Assembly (NCBI GenBank): GCA_965263355.1
Contig: CBDHHL010000032.1
Span: 128,001 to 192,000, forward strand
DNA: 64,000 nucleotides
Source: Leptolyngbyaceae cyanobacterium
GTDB lineage: Bacteria; Cyanobacteriota; Cyanobacteriia; Phormidesmidales; Phormidesmidaceae
Direction of reading: 5' to 3'
Shown: one piece after another, positions 48,727 through 58,521 of the stretch
Layout: every line of letters starts with the position of its first letter
Numbering within the stretch: the stretch's first letter is position 1
Program-made: the position numbers and the translations under genes
Notes under the pieces: generated by a model
Told to the model about the DNA's origin: nothing
The model's input: the letters and a program-made list of their open reading frames with translations, nothing else
The model's database searches: none

Positions 48727-49710
48727 ATGAAACTAATTATTCAAATTCCTTGTTACAACGAAGAAAATACCCTGGGAGTAACCCTGTCAGAACTACCACG
48801 ACAGGTTCCAGGTGTGGACCAAGTTGAGTGGCTGATTATTAACGACGGTAGTGTAGATCGAACCGTTGATGTCGCTAAAGAATGGGGGGTAAACCACATC
48901 GTCAACTTTGACCATAACCAGGGGTTAGCCCGTGGGTTTATGGCTGGGTTAGATGCCTGTCTCAAGGCAGGTGCTGACATTATTGTCAATACCGACGCTG
49001 ATAATCAATATTGTGCAGCCGATATTCCTAAACTGATTGAGCCGATTATCCACGGCGATGCCGAAATTGTGGTTGGAGAACGGCCCATTATGGAAATCCA
49101 ACATTTTTCGCCGATCAAAAAGGTGCTGCAGCGTCTGGGTAGCTGGGCTGTGAGGGTTGCCAGCAATACGCCTGTGGCTGATGCTCCCAGTGGCTTTCGT
49201 GCCATCAGTCGTGATGCGGCGATGCAGCTCAATGTATTTAACGAATATACCTACACCTTAGAAACCATTATTCAAGCTGGCCAAAAGGGAATGGCGGTGG
49301 CATCAGTGCCGATTCGTACCAATGGCTATTTGCGGCCCTCCCGACTGGTCAAAAGTATTGCCTCCTACGTGCAGCGGTCTCTATTTACGATTCTGCGGAT
49401 TTTTATTACCTATCGCCCCCTGTCGTTTTTTACGATTCTGGGGGCGATTCCATTTGGGCTGGGTTTTTTGATTGGTGTGCGTTGGATTTGGCTGTTTGTG
49501 ACTACGTTTGAGCAGACACAGCGCAGCCATGTTCCTAGCTTGATTTTGTCGGCTATTTTGATTTTGATCGGGGTGCAATGTTGGATCTTTGGTCTGATTG
49601 CTGATTTGATGTCGGCTAATCGAAAGTTGCTGGAGGATATTCAGCTGCGGCTGCGGCGATCGGAAATCGAGGCTCATATGAAACGACATCGGGAGAAAGA
49701 GATGAGGTAA
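48727..49710 (+). CDS. Glycosyltransferase family 2 (polyprenyl-phosphate sugar synthase type)
   Basis: IPCYNEE, INDGSVD, NTDADNQY and SGFRA motifs; two C-terminal TMs. Confidence 0.9.
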   Translation: MKLIIQIPCYNEENTLGVTLSELPRQVPGVDQVEWLIINDGSVDRTVDVAKEWGVNHIVNFDHNQGLARGFMAGLDACLKAGADIIVNTDADNQYCAADIPKLIEPIIHGDAEIVVGERPIMEIQHFSPIKKVLQRLGSWAVRVASNTPVADAPSGFRAISRDAAMQLNVFNEYTYTLETIIQAGQKGMAVASVPIRTNGYLRPSRLVKSIASYVQRSLFTILRIFITYRPLSFFTILGAIPFGLGFLIGVRWIWLFVTTFEQTQRSHVPSLILSAILILIGVQCWIFGLIADLMSANRKLLEDIQLRLRRSEIEAHMKRHREKEMR

Positions 49711-49850
49711 AACCTTACCCGCAACCTACGGTGCATTGTTGGGTTTCGTGCCTCAATTGCAACCTACGGCACATTGTTGGGTTTCGTGCCTCAACCACAA
49801 CCTACGATGGTCCATGTATGTTGGTTTTGTGCCTCAATCGCGACCTGCAA
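49709..49850 (-). repeat. Cluster of 3-4 degenerate GTAG REP-like units
   Basis: Plus strand TGTTGGGTTTCGTGCCTCAA..CAACCTAC repeated; same family as 45984-46070. Confidence 0.75.
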
Positions 49851-49867
49851 TTTATTTTCCCTGTTAT

Positions 49868-51466
49868 ATGAAAGATTTATTTGCTAAGGCTGCTCTGGCT
49901 GAAATTCCTAAAATTCTGACGCTGCAGGATCGTAACCTCCATAGCCCAAATTATGGTTGTTTTGATCGTAATTATTGGCAATATAAGATTATTGATTTTC
50001 CCAGTGGGATGTCCCAGGAGTTTGTATGGCCCCTGGCGTTGGTGTATGACATGCCGTTGCCGGATAATCCTTACTATCAGCAACCGAATATTAAGGCTTG
50101 GGTCGAAGCGGGGATTCTTTTTGCAGCGAAGAGTGCTCACCCGGATGGGTCCTGTGATGATTATTTCCCCTTTGAGAGGGCGGGTGGGGCAGCGGCGTTT
50201 TCGTTGTTGGCTTGTTTGGAAAGCTATCGGTTGTTGAAGCTAGAGAATCAGCAGGCACTGAAGTTTTTTGAAATTCGGGCGGATTGGTTGGCCCATCATC
50301 AGGAGAGTGGTCGGTTGACCAATCACCAGGCGCTGATTGTGCTGTGTTTGGAACTGGCGTCACGGGTGTTGAATACGCAAAAGTGGCAGCCTGCGATTCA
50401 GCAGCGGTTGGAACAGGTGCTGTCCTGGCAGGATTCGGAAGGTTGGTTTCAAGAGTATGAGGGCTGTGATCCGGGGTATCACACGCTGACGATTGCTTGT
50501 TTGGCACGGGTGTATGACCTGGGCGATCGCAACGATGAACGATTGCGGGATGCGATCGCAAACGGCGTTCGTCTCGCCAGTCATTTTGTCCACCCCGACG
50601 GCTCCTATGGTGGTGAGTATACCAGTCGCAATACCTACAACTATTTTCCCCACGGCTTTGAGCTGGTGGGCCGCTGGATGCCTGAAGCCCTGAGCATCAA
50701 CGACCAGTTTCTTAACGGTCTACAAAACGGCTGCGGCTCATGCTATGCCGATGACCACATTGTCGGTCACCATACCTGGAACTATCTACTCACCTGGAAA
50801 GACTTTGTGGATGAGCGACCGCCCACCCAGCCTCCCCATGAGGGTCGAGTCTGGTTCCCCAACGCCCGTATTCTAATTGACCAACGAGAGGATACTAAAC
50901 TCTATCTGGCCTTAAACAAAGGTGGAGCCTTTAAGTTTTTCCGCGATCGCAAACTAGTTCTATCAGATACTCAGTTTTCACTACAAGTCAAAGACGGCGG
51001 TAAAACCAAAAATGCTGTTGGTCATCTAGTGGGTGATTACCAATACGACATCACAGACGAGCAAATTACCATCGAAGGCCCCTTGGGCTGGGCAAAACAA
51101 AAACAAATGACGCCCTTGAATCTGATGATTTTGCGGGTGGTGATGCTAACCGTTGGTCGATTTTTCCCTAACTTAATCCGCAAACTGTTGCAAAAGATGC
51201 TGATCACTGGCAAAAATGACGCTCCATTTCGGTTTCAGCGAACGTTTGATTGGCAAGATAGCCATTGGACACTCCGGGACAAACTCATCGCTACAAGTGG
51301 TTGGAATAATGTTCTGACTGCCGGTATTGGGGGTGACCAAACCTCTATCTATGTTGTGATGAGTCGTACCTTTCAAGCGGGGCAGCTACAGCCTTGGAAA
51401 GATTTAACCAATGAGGTGCATGCTCTTTCGTCGGAACAACCTTTGGAGGTAGAACGACAGCTATAA
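49868..51466 (+). CDS. Hypothetical protein in glycosylation cluster (possible alpha/alpha-toroid sugar-modifying enzyme)
   Basis: MKDLFAKAALAEIPKILTLQDRN..YGCFDRNYW, LTNHQA and QDSEGWFQEYEGCDPGYHT motifs; the ORF-track start at 49736 is REP read-through. Confidence 0.7.
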   Translation: MKDLFAKAALAEIPKILTLQDRNLHSPNYGCFDRNYWQYKIIDFPSGMSQEFVWPLALVYDMPLPDNPYYQQPNIKAWVEAGILFAAKSAHPDGSCDDYFPFERAGGAAAFSLLACLESYRLLKLENQQALKFFEIRADWLAHHQESGRLTNHQALIVLCLELASRVLNTQKWQPAIQQRLEQVLSWQDSEGWFQEYEGCDPGYHTLTIACLARVYDLGDRNDERLRDAIANGVRLASHFVHPDGSYGGEYTSRNTYNYFPHGFELVGRWMPEALSINDQFLNGLQNGCGSCYADDHIVGHHTWNYLLTWKDFVDERPPTQPPHEGRVWFPNARILIDQREDTKLYLALNKGGAFKFFRDRKLVLSDTQFSLQVKDGGKTKNAVGHLVGDYQYDITDEQITIEGPLGWAKQKQMTPLNLMILRVVMLTVGRFFPNLIRKLLQKMLITGKNDAPFRFQRTFDWQDSHWTLRDKLIATSGWNNVLTAGIGGDQTSIYVVMSRTFQAGQLQPWKDLTNEVHALSSEQPLEVERQL

Positions 51467-51476
51467 ATTTTGTGGT

Positions 51477-51497
51477 GGTGGGTATTGCCCAGCCTAC
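51477..51497 (-). repeat. GTAG REP-like element
   Basis: Minus strand GTAGGCTGGGCAATACCCACC, related to 40821-40841. Confidence 0.55.
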
Positions 51498-51566
51498 GGA
51501 ATTTTTCCCATTGCCTATTGCCCTTGTACAGACGTTCCATGGAACATCTCCACACCTAAAAAATAT

Positions 51567-52652
51567 ATGAAACGGTATATATCTATTTTTGTTAGCACCC
51601 TCATCCTGGTGATCTTATACAACAAGATCAATTTTCCAGAGTTGATTAAGGTTTTTCGCGAGTGTAATCCGGTTTGGATGGTGGTGAGTTTAGGGATGGT
51701 CATCCCCATTACATTTTTCACCGGTTGGCGTCTGAAGCAGCTGATTCCAGTGCAGGCAAAATTAAACATCTGGGAAGCCAATAAGCTAATTTTGGCGGCC
51801 AGTGTGCTAAACATGGTGCTGCCGTCAAAAATGGGAGACATCGCTAAGTCTTATTTTATGAAAGAGAGAGGAAATCTTAGCGGCACGCTGTCCCTGTCTA
51901 TTGTCATTTTTGAAAAAGCCTGCGATATGTTGTCGCTGCTGTTGTGGTGTGCTTTTGGTCTTATTCTTTACCCTCAAAAAGACGCTTTCTTCTGGACCAT
52001 GACGGCAGGGATTCTCGGCGGTTTAATTTTTGGTCTTTTAATGCTGGGATCTAAAGGGTTTGCCCGACTTGGGTTTACCACCATGCGTAAGATTGCCCCC
52101 GGCAAAATCGGTAAAAAGCTAGCTTCGTTTCAAGATTCCTGGGACGAAATGCATGATTACTTTTGGGGGAATCCAGCCCAGCTGACTCGCATCGCTGGCA
52201 TGTCAATTTTTGTATGGTTTCTGCACTTATTGCAGATTTGGCTATTTATTTTAGCCCTGAATGCTTGGGCTCCCCCTGTTATTAGCTTTGCCCTTTCGCC
52301 CTTGGCTATTTTGGCCGGTCTGTTGCCCCTTACCTTTGCCGGTGTGGGTACCCGTGATGCTGCCCTGGTTGCTCTTTATGCACCCTATTTTGCTGCCGCT
52401 GCATTAGTTGGTGCTCATATGCCAGATCTGATTCATACCTATGCTCCAGCGTTTTCAGCAGCCTTGATTGATCCATCTGTTGCAGTGGCAGACTTAACGC
52501 CTGAAGTGACTGCATCTTTGCTCAAACGAGCTGAGGCAGCTGGTGCTGCGTTAGGGGTATTATGCACTTCCCGTTATTTCCTCCCCGCTATTGGGGGATT
52601 GCCCTTTCTAAATCAGTATCTAAGCACCGTTAAACAATTCCAAAAAACTTAA
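51567..52652 (+). CDS. LPG-synthase TM domain / flippase-like (UPF0104) membrane protein
   Basis: NMVLPSKMGDIAK, IFEKACD and LPLTFAGVGTRDAA motifs. Confidence 0.85.
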   Translation: MKRYISIFVSTLILVILYNKINFPELIKVFRECNPVWMVVSLGMVIPITFFTGWRLKQLIPVQAKLNIWEANKLILAASVLNMVLPSKMGDIAKSYFMKERGNLSGTLSLSIVIFEKACDMLSLLLWCAFGLILYPQKDAFFWTMTAGILGGLIFGLLMLGSKGFARLGFTTMRKIAPGKIGKKLASFQDSWDEMHDYFWGNPAQLTRIAGMSIFVWFLHLLQIWLFILALNAWAPPVISFALSPLAILAGLLPLTFAGVGTRDAALVALYAPYFAAAALVGAHMPDLIHTYAPAFSAALIDPSVAVADLTPEVTASLLKRAEAAGAALGVLCTSRYFLPAIGGLPFLNQYLSTVKQFQKT

Positions 52653-53128
52653 GAGTCACCTAAAGCAAGTATTCAACCTCTAGGCAGCCATGGCTAGGTA
52701 TACTATAGCTTATAGTACAAATGATCTAATCTACCAAAATAGTAAAGTATACAACCGGATCAATCATTGTCTGGTAAGGCTCGTAAACTTTACAAAGCGC
52801 CTCAAAAAGGGAAAGGCTAAAAAAAGCTATTGAAGGAAGGATTTCACCCTGCTGATTTTCCCTATGCTTGCACCATATCTTGATGGGAATTGTTACGAGC
52901 TATAGCTTTTAGTGAATCTTTAGTATTCATGACTCGTAGAACACAAGTGGTTTGAATTTTTCCTAAGCTTACGTAGTACTTTTTGTCCATATAAATAAAA
53001 TTTTGGTGGGGATAAAAGCTGTACTCAATGTAGAAGCGAACTTGAGAAAAATCTCCTTGAGTGATTCAGTTGTATCCGTTTTTTTCAGATAGAACACACT
53101 ATTAACCTTTGTGTAGGAGTTAGATTTC

Positions 53129-53686
53129 ATGATTGGCGAACTTCAGCGACGAAAATTAGTCAAAGTGTTTAGCATGTATGACACCTGCAATAGCGGTGCT
53201 CTAACGTTTTCTGACTTTGAACGGGTTGTGCGATCCTTAGCTGACCTCAAAGGTTGGAAGCCCGAGTCTTCTGAATACACTCAGCTTTTAAGCAAGTTTA
53301 TGCACCGCTGGACCCACCTCAAGGGCAACATCCAGGATAATGTTGCTGCCCATGCCATCGGGAATGTGCAGCTAAAGGACTGGTTGCAATATTTTGAAGA
53401 TATGCTGGATAGTGATGCGCGCTATCAAGATGAAATCCATTCTCTGGGCGGCATGATCTTTGACGTTTGTGATGTGGACGACAGTGGTCATCTAGATCGT
53501 AACGAATGGTTCGCGTTATTTAAGGCGTATAACTTACCCGTTGTCTATGCGGACGAAGCCTTTGCCAAGCTGGATAAAAACCAGGATGGTATGTTGCAAA
53601 AGGATGAAGTGGTGCATGCTCTGAAGGACTTTTACTACAGTGAAGATCCAGAGGAGCCGGCTAATTTTATGTTTGGGCCGTATTAA
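53129..53686 (+). CDS. EF-hand calcium-binding protein (calerythrin/SCP-like)
   Basis: EF loops DTCNSGALTFSD, DVDDSGHLDRNE and DKNQDGMLQKDE; AGGAG RBS. Confidence 0.85.
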   Translation: MIGELQRRKLVKVFSMYDTCNSGALTFSDFERVVRSLADLKGWKPESSEYTQLLSKFMHRWTHLKGNIQDNVAAHAIGNVQLKDWLQYFEDMLDSDARYQDEIHSLGGMIFDVCDVDDSGHLDRNEWFALFKAYNLPVVYADEAFAKLDKNQDGMLQKDEVVHALKDFYYSEDPEEPANFMFGPY

Positions 53687-53790
53687 GCAAATCCTGACTG
53701 ATAGCCTGCGGTATCCCAGGGCTAGCACAAGGCACAGCCCCTACAGGATTATCCATTTTGAATCGGGATTAAGGAATTCAGATTAGGAGA
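53684..53790. mobile_element. MITE family A, copy 3 (diverged)
   Basis: AAATCCTGACTGATAGC...GCCCCTACAGGATTATCCATTTTGAATCGGGATTAAGGAATTCAGATT; begins at the EF-hand stop codon. Confidence 0.7.
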
Positions 53791-53799
53791 GGCTTCAGA

Positions 53800-54798
53800 T
53801 TACCATTCAACAATCATCAAGTTGTTGTCTACTTCTAGGAGAGGAGCTTCTCCTAACTCTTCTGCTAATCCAGTTTTAACGCCTTCAGCCAATGCTTCAA
53901 AGGTATCTGGCTCACTGAATTCAATAACCCAACGATGAGTTATATCTCCACGGCTATCTGTAATCACTCCGAGGGTATCTGTCACATAGTTGTTACCAAC
54001 GCTTTCTACTAGGGGGCGCGTTTCAGGCTGTCGGGCAAGCATTAATCGGACAGCATATTCCCCCCGTATAGTCTGGCTAGTGAGGGTTTCATCTACTTTA
54101 AGGGGAACCTCCGCTGGCTCAACAGTTCGCTCTCCAGCCAGATAGCGCTCTGGATGCAAAATCAATGTAGTTGCCTGGGGCGGATCGGCAAAGACTGCAT
54201 CGACCGCTGCCCAGCCACCGTCATCTCTGATTGTCTGGATAAACGTTAGTCCAGCACCATAGAGAAAAATATTTTCGAATAGTTGGTCATTGATAGGGCC
54301 GTCAGCGGGTAGCTTGGCGTGGGTAAGGAAGTCATAGTTCATTAGCTCGCTGACAGCTAACATTGCTTCGCCTTCAATGACAGCTGTAACGGCTTTGTCA
54401 TAGTCTGGTTTGTCTTGACTCTGTAGATGTAGATGGTAAAGGTCAAAATGCTGGTCCTGCAAAGCATGAAACATTTCGTGGAGCATCACACCCCGCCCCA
54501 GGTCATCAGAGCCTGAGGTGGCAACGACGAGCTGTTTGGTTTCTGAGTTATACCAGCCGTTGAGACTGGGGTCATTCTGGGGTTGAAAGGTGACCTGCAG
54601 GTTTTCTATAAAGTTTAGACCGCGCCACTGCTCTAGTTCTGTCATAACAGTACTGGCGGAGTCTGCCCAGGACGGGAGGTCACCTTCAAATGTAATGCGG
54701 TGTGGGGTGGTTGCTTCGACGAACGTAGTACAGCCTGCGGCACTAAAGCCGCAGGCTAAGACAAGTATTCCGGATATGACCATCTGCCAGCCGCGCAT
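53800..54798 (-). CDS. Putative lipoprotein with zincin HExxH motif
   Basis: Lipobox-like AAG-C, HEMFHALQDQHF, downstream EGEA, PPQATTLILHPERY. Confidence 0.7.
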   Translation of the reverse strand: MRGWQMVISGILVLACGFSAAGCTTFVEATTPHRITFEGDLPSWADSASTVMTELEQWRGLNFIENLQVTFQPQNDPSLNGWYNSETKQLVVATSGSDDLGRGVMLHEMFHALQDQHFDLYHLHLQSQDKPDYDKAVTAVIEGEAMLAVSELMNYDFLTHAKLPADGPINDQLFENIFLYGAGLTFIQTIRDDGGWAAVDAVFADPPQATTLILHPERYLAGERTVEPAEVPLKVDETLTSQTIRGEYAVRLMLARQPETRPLVESVGNNYVTDTLGVITDSRGDITHRWVIEFSEPDTFEALAEGVKTGLAEELGEAPLLEVDNNLMIVEW

Positions 54799-54878
54799 GG
54801 GGAGTCCTCTTTTCCTACCACTGTAGCGATAATTTCAGAGACAGTCGTGGTGGTTGTTACAGACGATGACGTTTGTTT

Positions 54879-56261
54879 TTATCCCCCAGCGCCAAAGATA
54901 TATCGGAGGATGAAAATCGCTGCCAGAATCCACATGCCAAGGGTGGTTTCGTTGGCTTTGCCTTGGAATGCTTTGACCAGGGGATAGGCGATTAGTCCCA
55001 TGGCTAAGCCTTCGGCAATGGAGTAAGAGAGCGGCATCATAATGATGGTGAGGAAGGCCGCGATCGCAGCCGCCGGATCCTCCCAATCAATTAATCTGGC
55101 ACCAGACATCATCATCACCCCCACCATAATCAAGGCAGGAGCCGTTGCAAAGGACGGAATGCCTGAGAAGAGAGGAATAAACAACAACGCCAGGAGAAAA
55201 CAAATAGCGGCAACAATGGCGGTAAAGCCACTACGTCCCCCTTCAGAGATGCCCGACGCAGACTCAATGTAGGTGGTCACGGTAGAGGTACCGAGAATCG
55301 ACCCAGCCGTGGTCCCCACCGCATCCGCCATAAAGGCTTTCTCTACCCCAGGAAACTTACCCTCATGGTTGATATAACCTGCTTTTGCCCCTAACCCAGT
55401 TAACGTACCAATGGTGTCAAACAGGTCAACAAATAAAAACACAAATACAATGCCGATGACCTCTAGAAAATTGAGCTTAAACAACTCACCCAGACCAACA
55501 AAGGCCTGGCCAAACAGATGGGTAGGTGCGGCAGGAATTGCAACCACACCTTGGGGCCAGGGGGCCACACCAAACAACCAAGCCAACAAAGCAGTCCCGA
55601 TGATGCCCCACAGCAACGCACCGGTCACTCGACGCGCAAACAATAATGCCGTTATGCCCAAGCCTAATAGAGTCATGGCGGCCTGGGGTGATCTGAGATC
55701 CCCAAGGGTAGTTAATGTGGCGTCGGAAGGAGCAATGATGCCCGCACCCTTGAGGGCAATATAAGCAATAAATAAGCCAATACCTGCGGTGGTCGCATGC
55801 TTCACTGCATCGGGAATGGCGGCAACAATTTTGCTCCGCACATTGGTAAGGGTGAGAATAATAAAAATAATCCCCTCAATAAAGACGGCAGCCAAGGCCA
55901 CCCGCCAATCCACACCCATCCCCAGAACAACACTAAAGGCAAAGAATGCATTGATGCCCATGCCAGGGGCCAGGGCAAAGGGTAGCTTGGCATAGAAACC
56001 CATAATCAGTGTGGCGATCGCAGCTGAAATCCCAGTGGCCATGACCAGTTCCCCAAATAAATCTCCTGATTCACCCAGAAAAACAGCATTGGACAAAATG
56101 GCCGGATTGACAATGAGAATATAGGCCATGGTGACAAACGTCGTTGCCCCAGCCAAGATCTCGGTGGGTAGATCGGTACCTAGAGCGCTGAAGTTAAAAA
56201 AGTTAGCGATGGCCCGACTGAGTCCTGACGATTGTTGAATATTTCCCGATTGGTTAGACAT
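54879..56261 (-). CDS. NCS2/AzgA-family purine permease
   Basis: TFVTMAYILIVNP, LAPGMGINAFF, DLFDTIGT and YIESASGISEGGRSG motifs. Confidence 0.92.
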   Translation of the reverse strand: MSNQSGNIQQSSGLSRAIANFFNFSALGTDLPTEILAGATTFVTMAYILIVNPAILSNAVFLGESGDLFGELVMATGISAAIATLIMGFYAKLPFALAPGMGINAFFAFSVVLGMGVDWRVALAAVFIEGIIFIILTLTNVRSKIVAAIPDAVKHATTAGIGLFIAYIALKGAGIIAPSDATLTTLGDLRSPQAAMTLLGLGITALLFARRVTGALLWGIIGTALLAWLFGVAPWPQGVVAIPAAPTHLFGQAFVGLGELFKLNFLEVIGIVFVFLFVDLFDTIGTLTGLGAKAGYINHEGKFPGVEKAFMADAVGTTAGSILGTSTVTTYIESASGISEGGRSGFTAIVAAICFLLALLFIPLFSGIPSFATAPALIMVGVMMMSGARLIDWEDPAAAIAAFLTIIMMPLSYSIAEGLAMGLIAYPLVKAFQGKANETTLGMWILAAIFILRYIFGAGG

Positions 56262-56415
56262 AGCGGTAAGTGCGTAACTTACTCCTAGTGAAAAGCTTCA
56301 TTTTTACATCGTCTGTCTAGGGGGTTACCGATGCTGGGGATGTAATATTTATTTTTTATTTATGGGTATTAACATTACGCTGCCTAGTCGCGAATTTATG
56401 GGGCTGATAAGATAG

Positions 56416-56490
56416 CTAAACCTTGTCCACGTCCAGGACAGTCGTTTTTCCGTAGAAGAACCTACAGGTTCCAACTTGGACGTGGTTTAG
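56416..56490 (-). mobile_element. Dispersed ~75-bp repeat family B, copy 2
   Basis: Ends CTAAACC...GGTTTAG with inner CCACGTCCA/TGGACGTGG; inverted homologue of 47073-47146. Confidence 0.75.
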
Positions 56491-56509
56491 CAAACTTCTA
56501 CACCTGAGA

Positions 56510-56914
56510 ATGGCCATGCGTGTTTATGTGGTTTTGTTTAATGCTCGTACTGAAAATGAGGGAATTCACTCCCTAAAGGTGGGCGATCGCAACATCGTGC
56601 TGATGTTTGAAGACGAAGACGATGCCGTACGCTTTGGTGGGTTGCTAGAAGCGCAGGATTTTCCGCCCTGTAGTGTAGAGGGATTTGAGTCGGACGAAAT
56701 TGAAGAGTTTTGTCGCGGTGCTGGCTATGAGGCAAAGCACGTAGAAACTGGCACCCTAGTGATGCCACCGGAGCAAACTTTGGAAACAACGGATTGGGAT
56801 CCAGAGTCATTGCCAGCAGAACGAGTAGACCCCACTGAACCTGACACATCGGCCCAGGATATGTCCCAGAATGATTTGGATCGGATTCGGCAGCAGTTGG
56901 AGAGGTTACTATGA
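56510..56914 (+). CDS. DUF3110-like cyanobacterial protein
   Basis: VYVVLFNARTENEGIH, VLMFEDEDDAVRF..LLEAQDF and IRQQLERLL motifs. Confidence 0.85.
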   Translation: MAMRVYVVLFNARTENEGIHSLKVGDRNIVLMFEDEDDAVRFGGLLEAQDFPPCSVEGFESDEIEEFCRGAGYEAKHVETGTLVMPPEQTLETTDWDPESLPAERVDPTEPDTSAQDMSQNDLDRIRQQLERLL

Positions 56915-57831
56915 CTGAATCCCTACAAAATCGTGGTTACCTGCTTACCGAGCAGATTAACCCCAATAGCCAAAATCTGGACCAGCTATCCACACTGGAA
57001 ATGGTTCAGGTATTTAATCAAGAAGATCAGCGAACGGTGGATGCGATCGCCCAGGCAGCCCCTATGCTAGCGGTGGCCATTGACCGAACAGCGGCATCAC
57101 TGCGAGATGGCGGACGTCTATTTTATGTTGGGGCTGGTACCAGTGGACGGCTAGGGGTTTTAGATGCAGCGGAATGCCCACCGACATTTTGTACGCCACC
57201 GGAGTTGGTGCAGGGAATCTTAGCTGGTGGGGCCCCTGCATTGTTACGCAGTTCAGAAGCATTGGAAGACTTGCCCGAGGATGGGGCTGCCGCTATGGCA
57301 ACCCACCAGGTGTCTGCCCTGGATGTAGTGGTGGGAATTACAGCCGGTGGAACGACACCCTATGTCCATGGCGCGCTGAAAGAAGCCAACCTGCGAAGGG
57401 CCACTACAATTTTTATCGCCTGTGTCCCAGCGGACCAAGTGGACATTGAAGTAGACATTGATTTGCGGCTACCGGTGGGGCCAGAAGTGTTGGCTGGGTC
57501 AACCCGTTTAAAGTCCGGTACGGTAACCAAAATGGCCCTCAATATTTTGTCGACCGGGGTGATGGTAAAACTAGGCAAAGTCTATGGCAATCGCATGGTA
57601 GACGTGTCAGTGACCAACAGTAAGCTCCACGACCGCGCCCTCAGGATTATTGCTGCCCTGACCGATCTGTCCCGCCAGGACGCCGATCAGCTGCTGGACC
57701 AGAGTGATCAAAACGTCAAACTTGCCCTGTTAATGCACTGGGCTAATGTGGATAAAGAGACCGCCCAGGTTGCTTTGGAACAGAGTGCTGGTAATCTGCG
57801 GCAAGCACTGACTATGAAGGAAATTGGCTAG
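56911..57831 (+). CDS. murQ: N-acetylmuramic acid 6-phosphate etherase
   Basis: GAGTSGRLGVLDAAECPPTF, GPEVLAGSTRLKSGT and GKVYGNRMVDV motifs. Confidence 0.95.
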   Translation: MTESLQNRGYLLTEQINPNSQNLDQLSTLEMVQVFNQEDQRTVDAIAQAAPMLAVAIDRTAASLRDGGRLFYVGAGTSGRLGVLDAAECPPTFCTPPELVQGILAGGAPALLRSSEALEDLPEDGAAAMATHQVSALDVVVGITAGGTTPYVHGALKEANLRRATTIFIACVPADQVDIEVDIDLRLPVGPEVLAGSTRLKSGTVTKMALNILSTGVMVKLGKVYGNRMVDVSVTNSKLHDRALRIIAALTDLSRQDADQLLDQSDQNVKLALLMHWANVDKETAQVALEQSAGNLRQALTMKEIG

Positions 57832-57839
57832 GTAGGAAT

Positions 57840-58454
57840 TTGTCATTTATGCCCTACGTTTCCTTAAAAGACTATGTTGTAGCGGTTCGCTCCGGTCATA
57901 TTGTGGCCTTACCGACTGATACTGTTTTAGGGTTAGGGGTAGCGCCTGACCATAGTGCAAAACTGTATAAACTGAAACAGCGTAGCCTTGATAAACCGCT
58001 AATTTTAATGGGGGCCAACGCTGCTGACCTATGGCCCTATGTCCGTATGGATATGACTCAGTGGCAAACGATGACTGAGCGCTATTGGCCTGGACAACTC
58101 ACACTGGTAGTGCCCGCCAGTGCTAAAGTACCGCCAGTCATGCATCCCAAAACCCCTGATAGTATTGGGGTGCGTGTGCCAGACCATGCCATCGCCCGTC
58201 ACCTGATAGCATTGACGGGGCCATTAGCCACCACTAGTGCCAATCTATCGGGACAGCCCACCCTGATTAACGTTGAACAAGTCTTGGCCCAGTTTCCTCA
58301 GGTGTATGGACTCAGTAACCAAAGTCTACAAACGCTTTTGACCCATCTAGGCCCTGAAGCCGTCATGCCATTATCGTCTGGACTGCCTTCTACTGTTGTC
58401 CGCTGGCATTTTAATCATTGGCAGACGATACGTCAGGGAACCGTATATTTGTAG
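57840..58454 (+). CDS. tsaC: L-threonylcarbamoyladenylate synthase (YrdC/Sua5)
   Basis: PTDTV.GL, KQRSLDKPL, YWPGQLT, GVRVP and TSANLSG motifs. Confidence 0.85.
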   Translation: MSFMPYVSLKDYVVAVRSGHIVALPTDTVLGLGVAPDHSAKLYKLKQRSLDKPLILMGANAADLWPYVRMDMTQWQTMTERYWPGQLTLVVPASAKVPPVMHPKTPDSIGVRVPDHAIARHLIALTGPLATTSANLSGQPTLINVEQVLAQFPQVYGLSNQSLQTLLTHLGPEAVMPLSSGLPSTVVRWHFNHWQTIRQGTVYL

Positions 58455-58521
58455 AGTATAAATAATGAGGATGCGCTCTAGTTACTCTTAATTACCGAAG
58501 TATTCATACATTAAAATTCCT

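Noticed and set aside
49709..49850. Repeat cluster as a possible CRISPR array
   Set aside because: Units are degenerate, gaps are short and irregular, no cas genes are present, and the same unit is dispersed elsewhere as a REP.
52778..52901. Possible MITE bounded by GCTCGTAA / TTACGAGC
   Set aside because: An 8-bp inverted match with no clear TSD or second copy is not enough without a genome search.
56262..56415. Purine riboswitch or NtcA site upstream of the NCS2 permease
   Set aside because: No purine aptamer core found; the GTA..TAC pair has 7-nt rather than 8-nt spacing.
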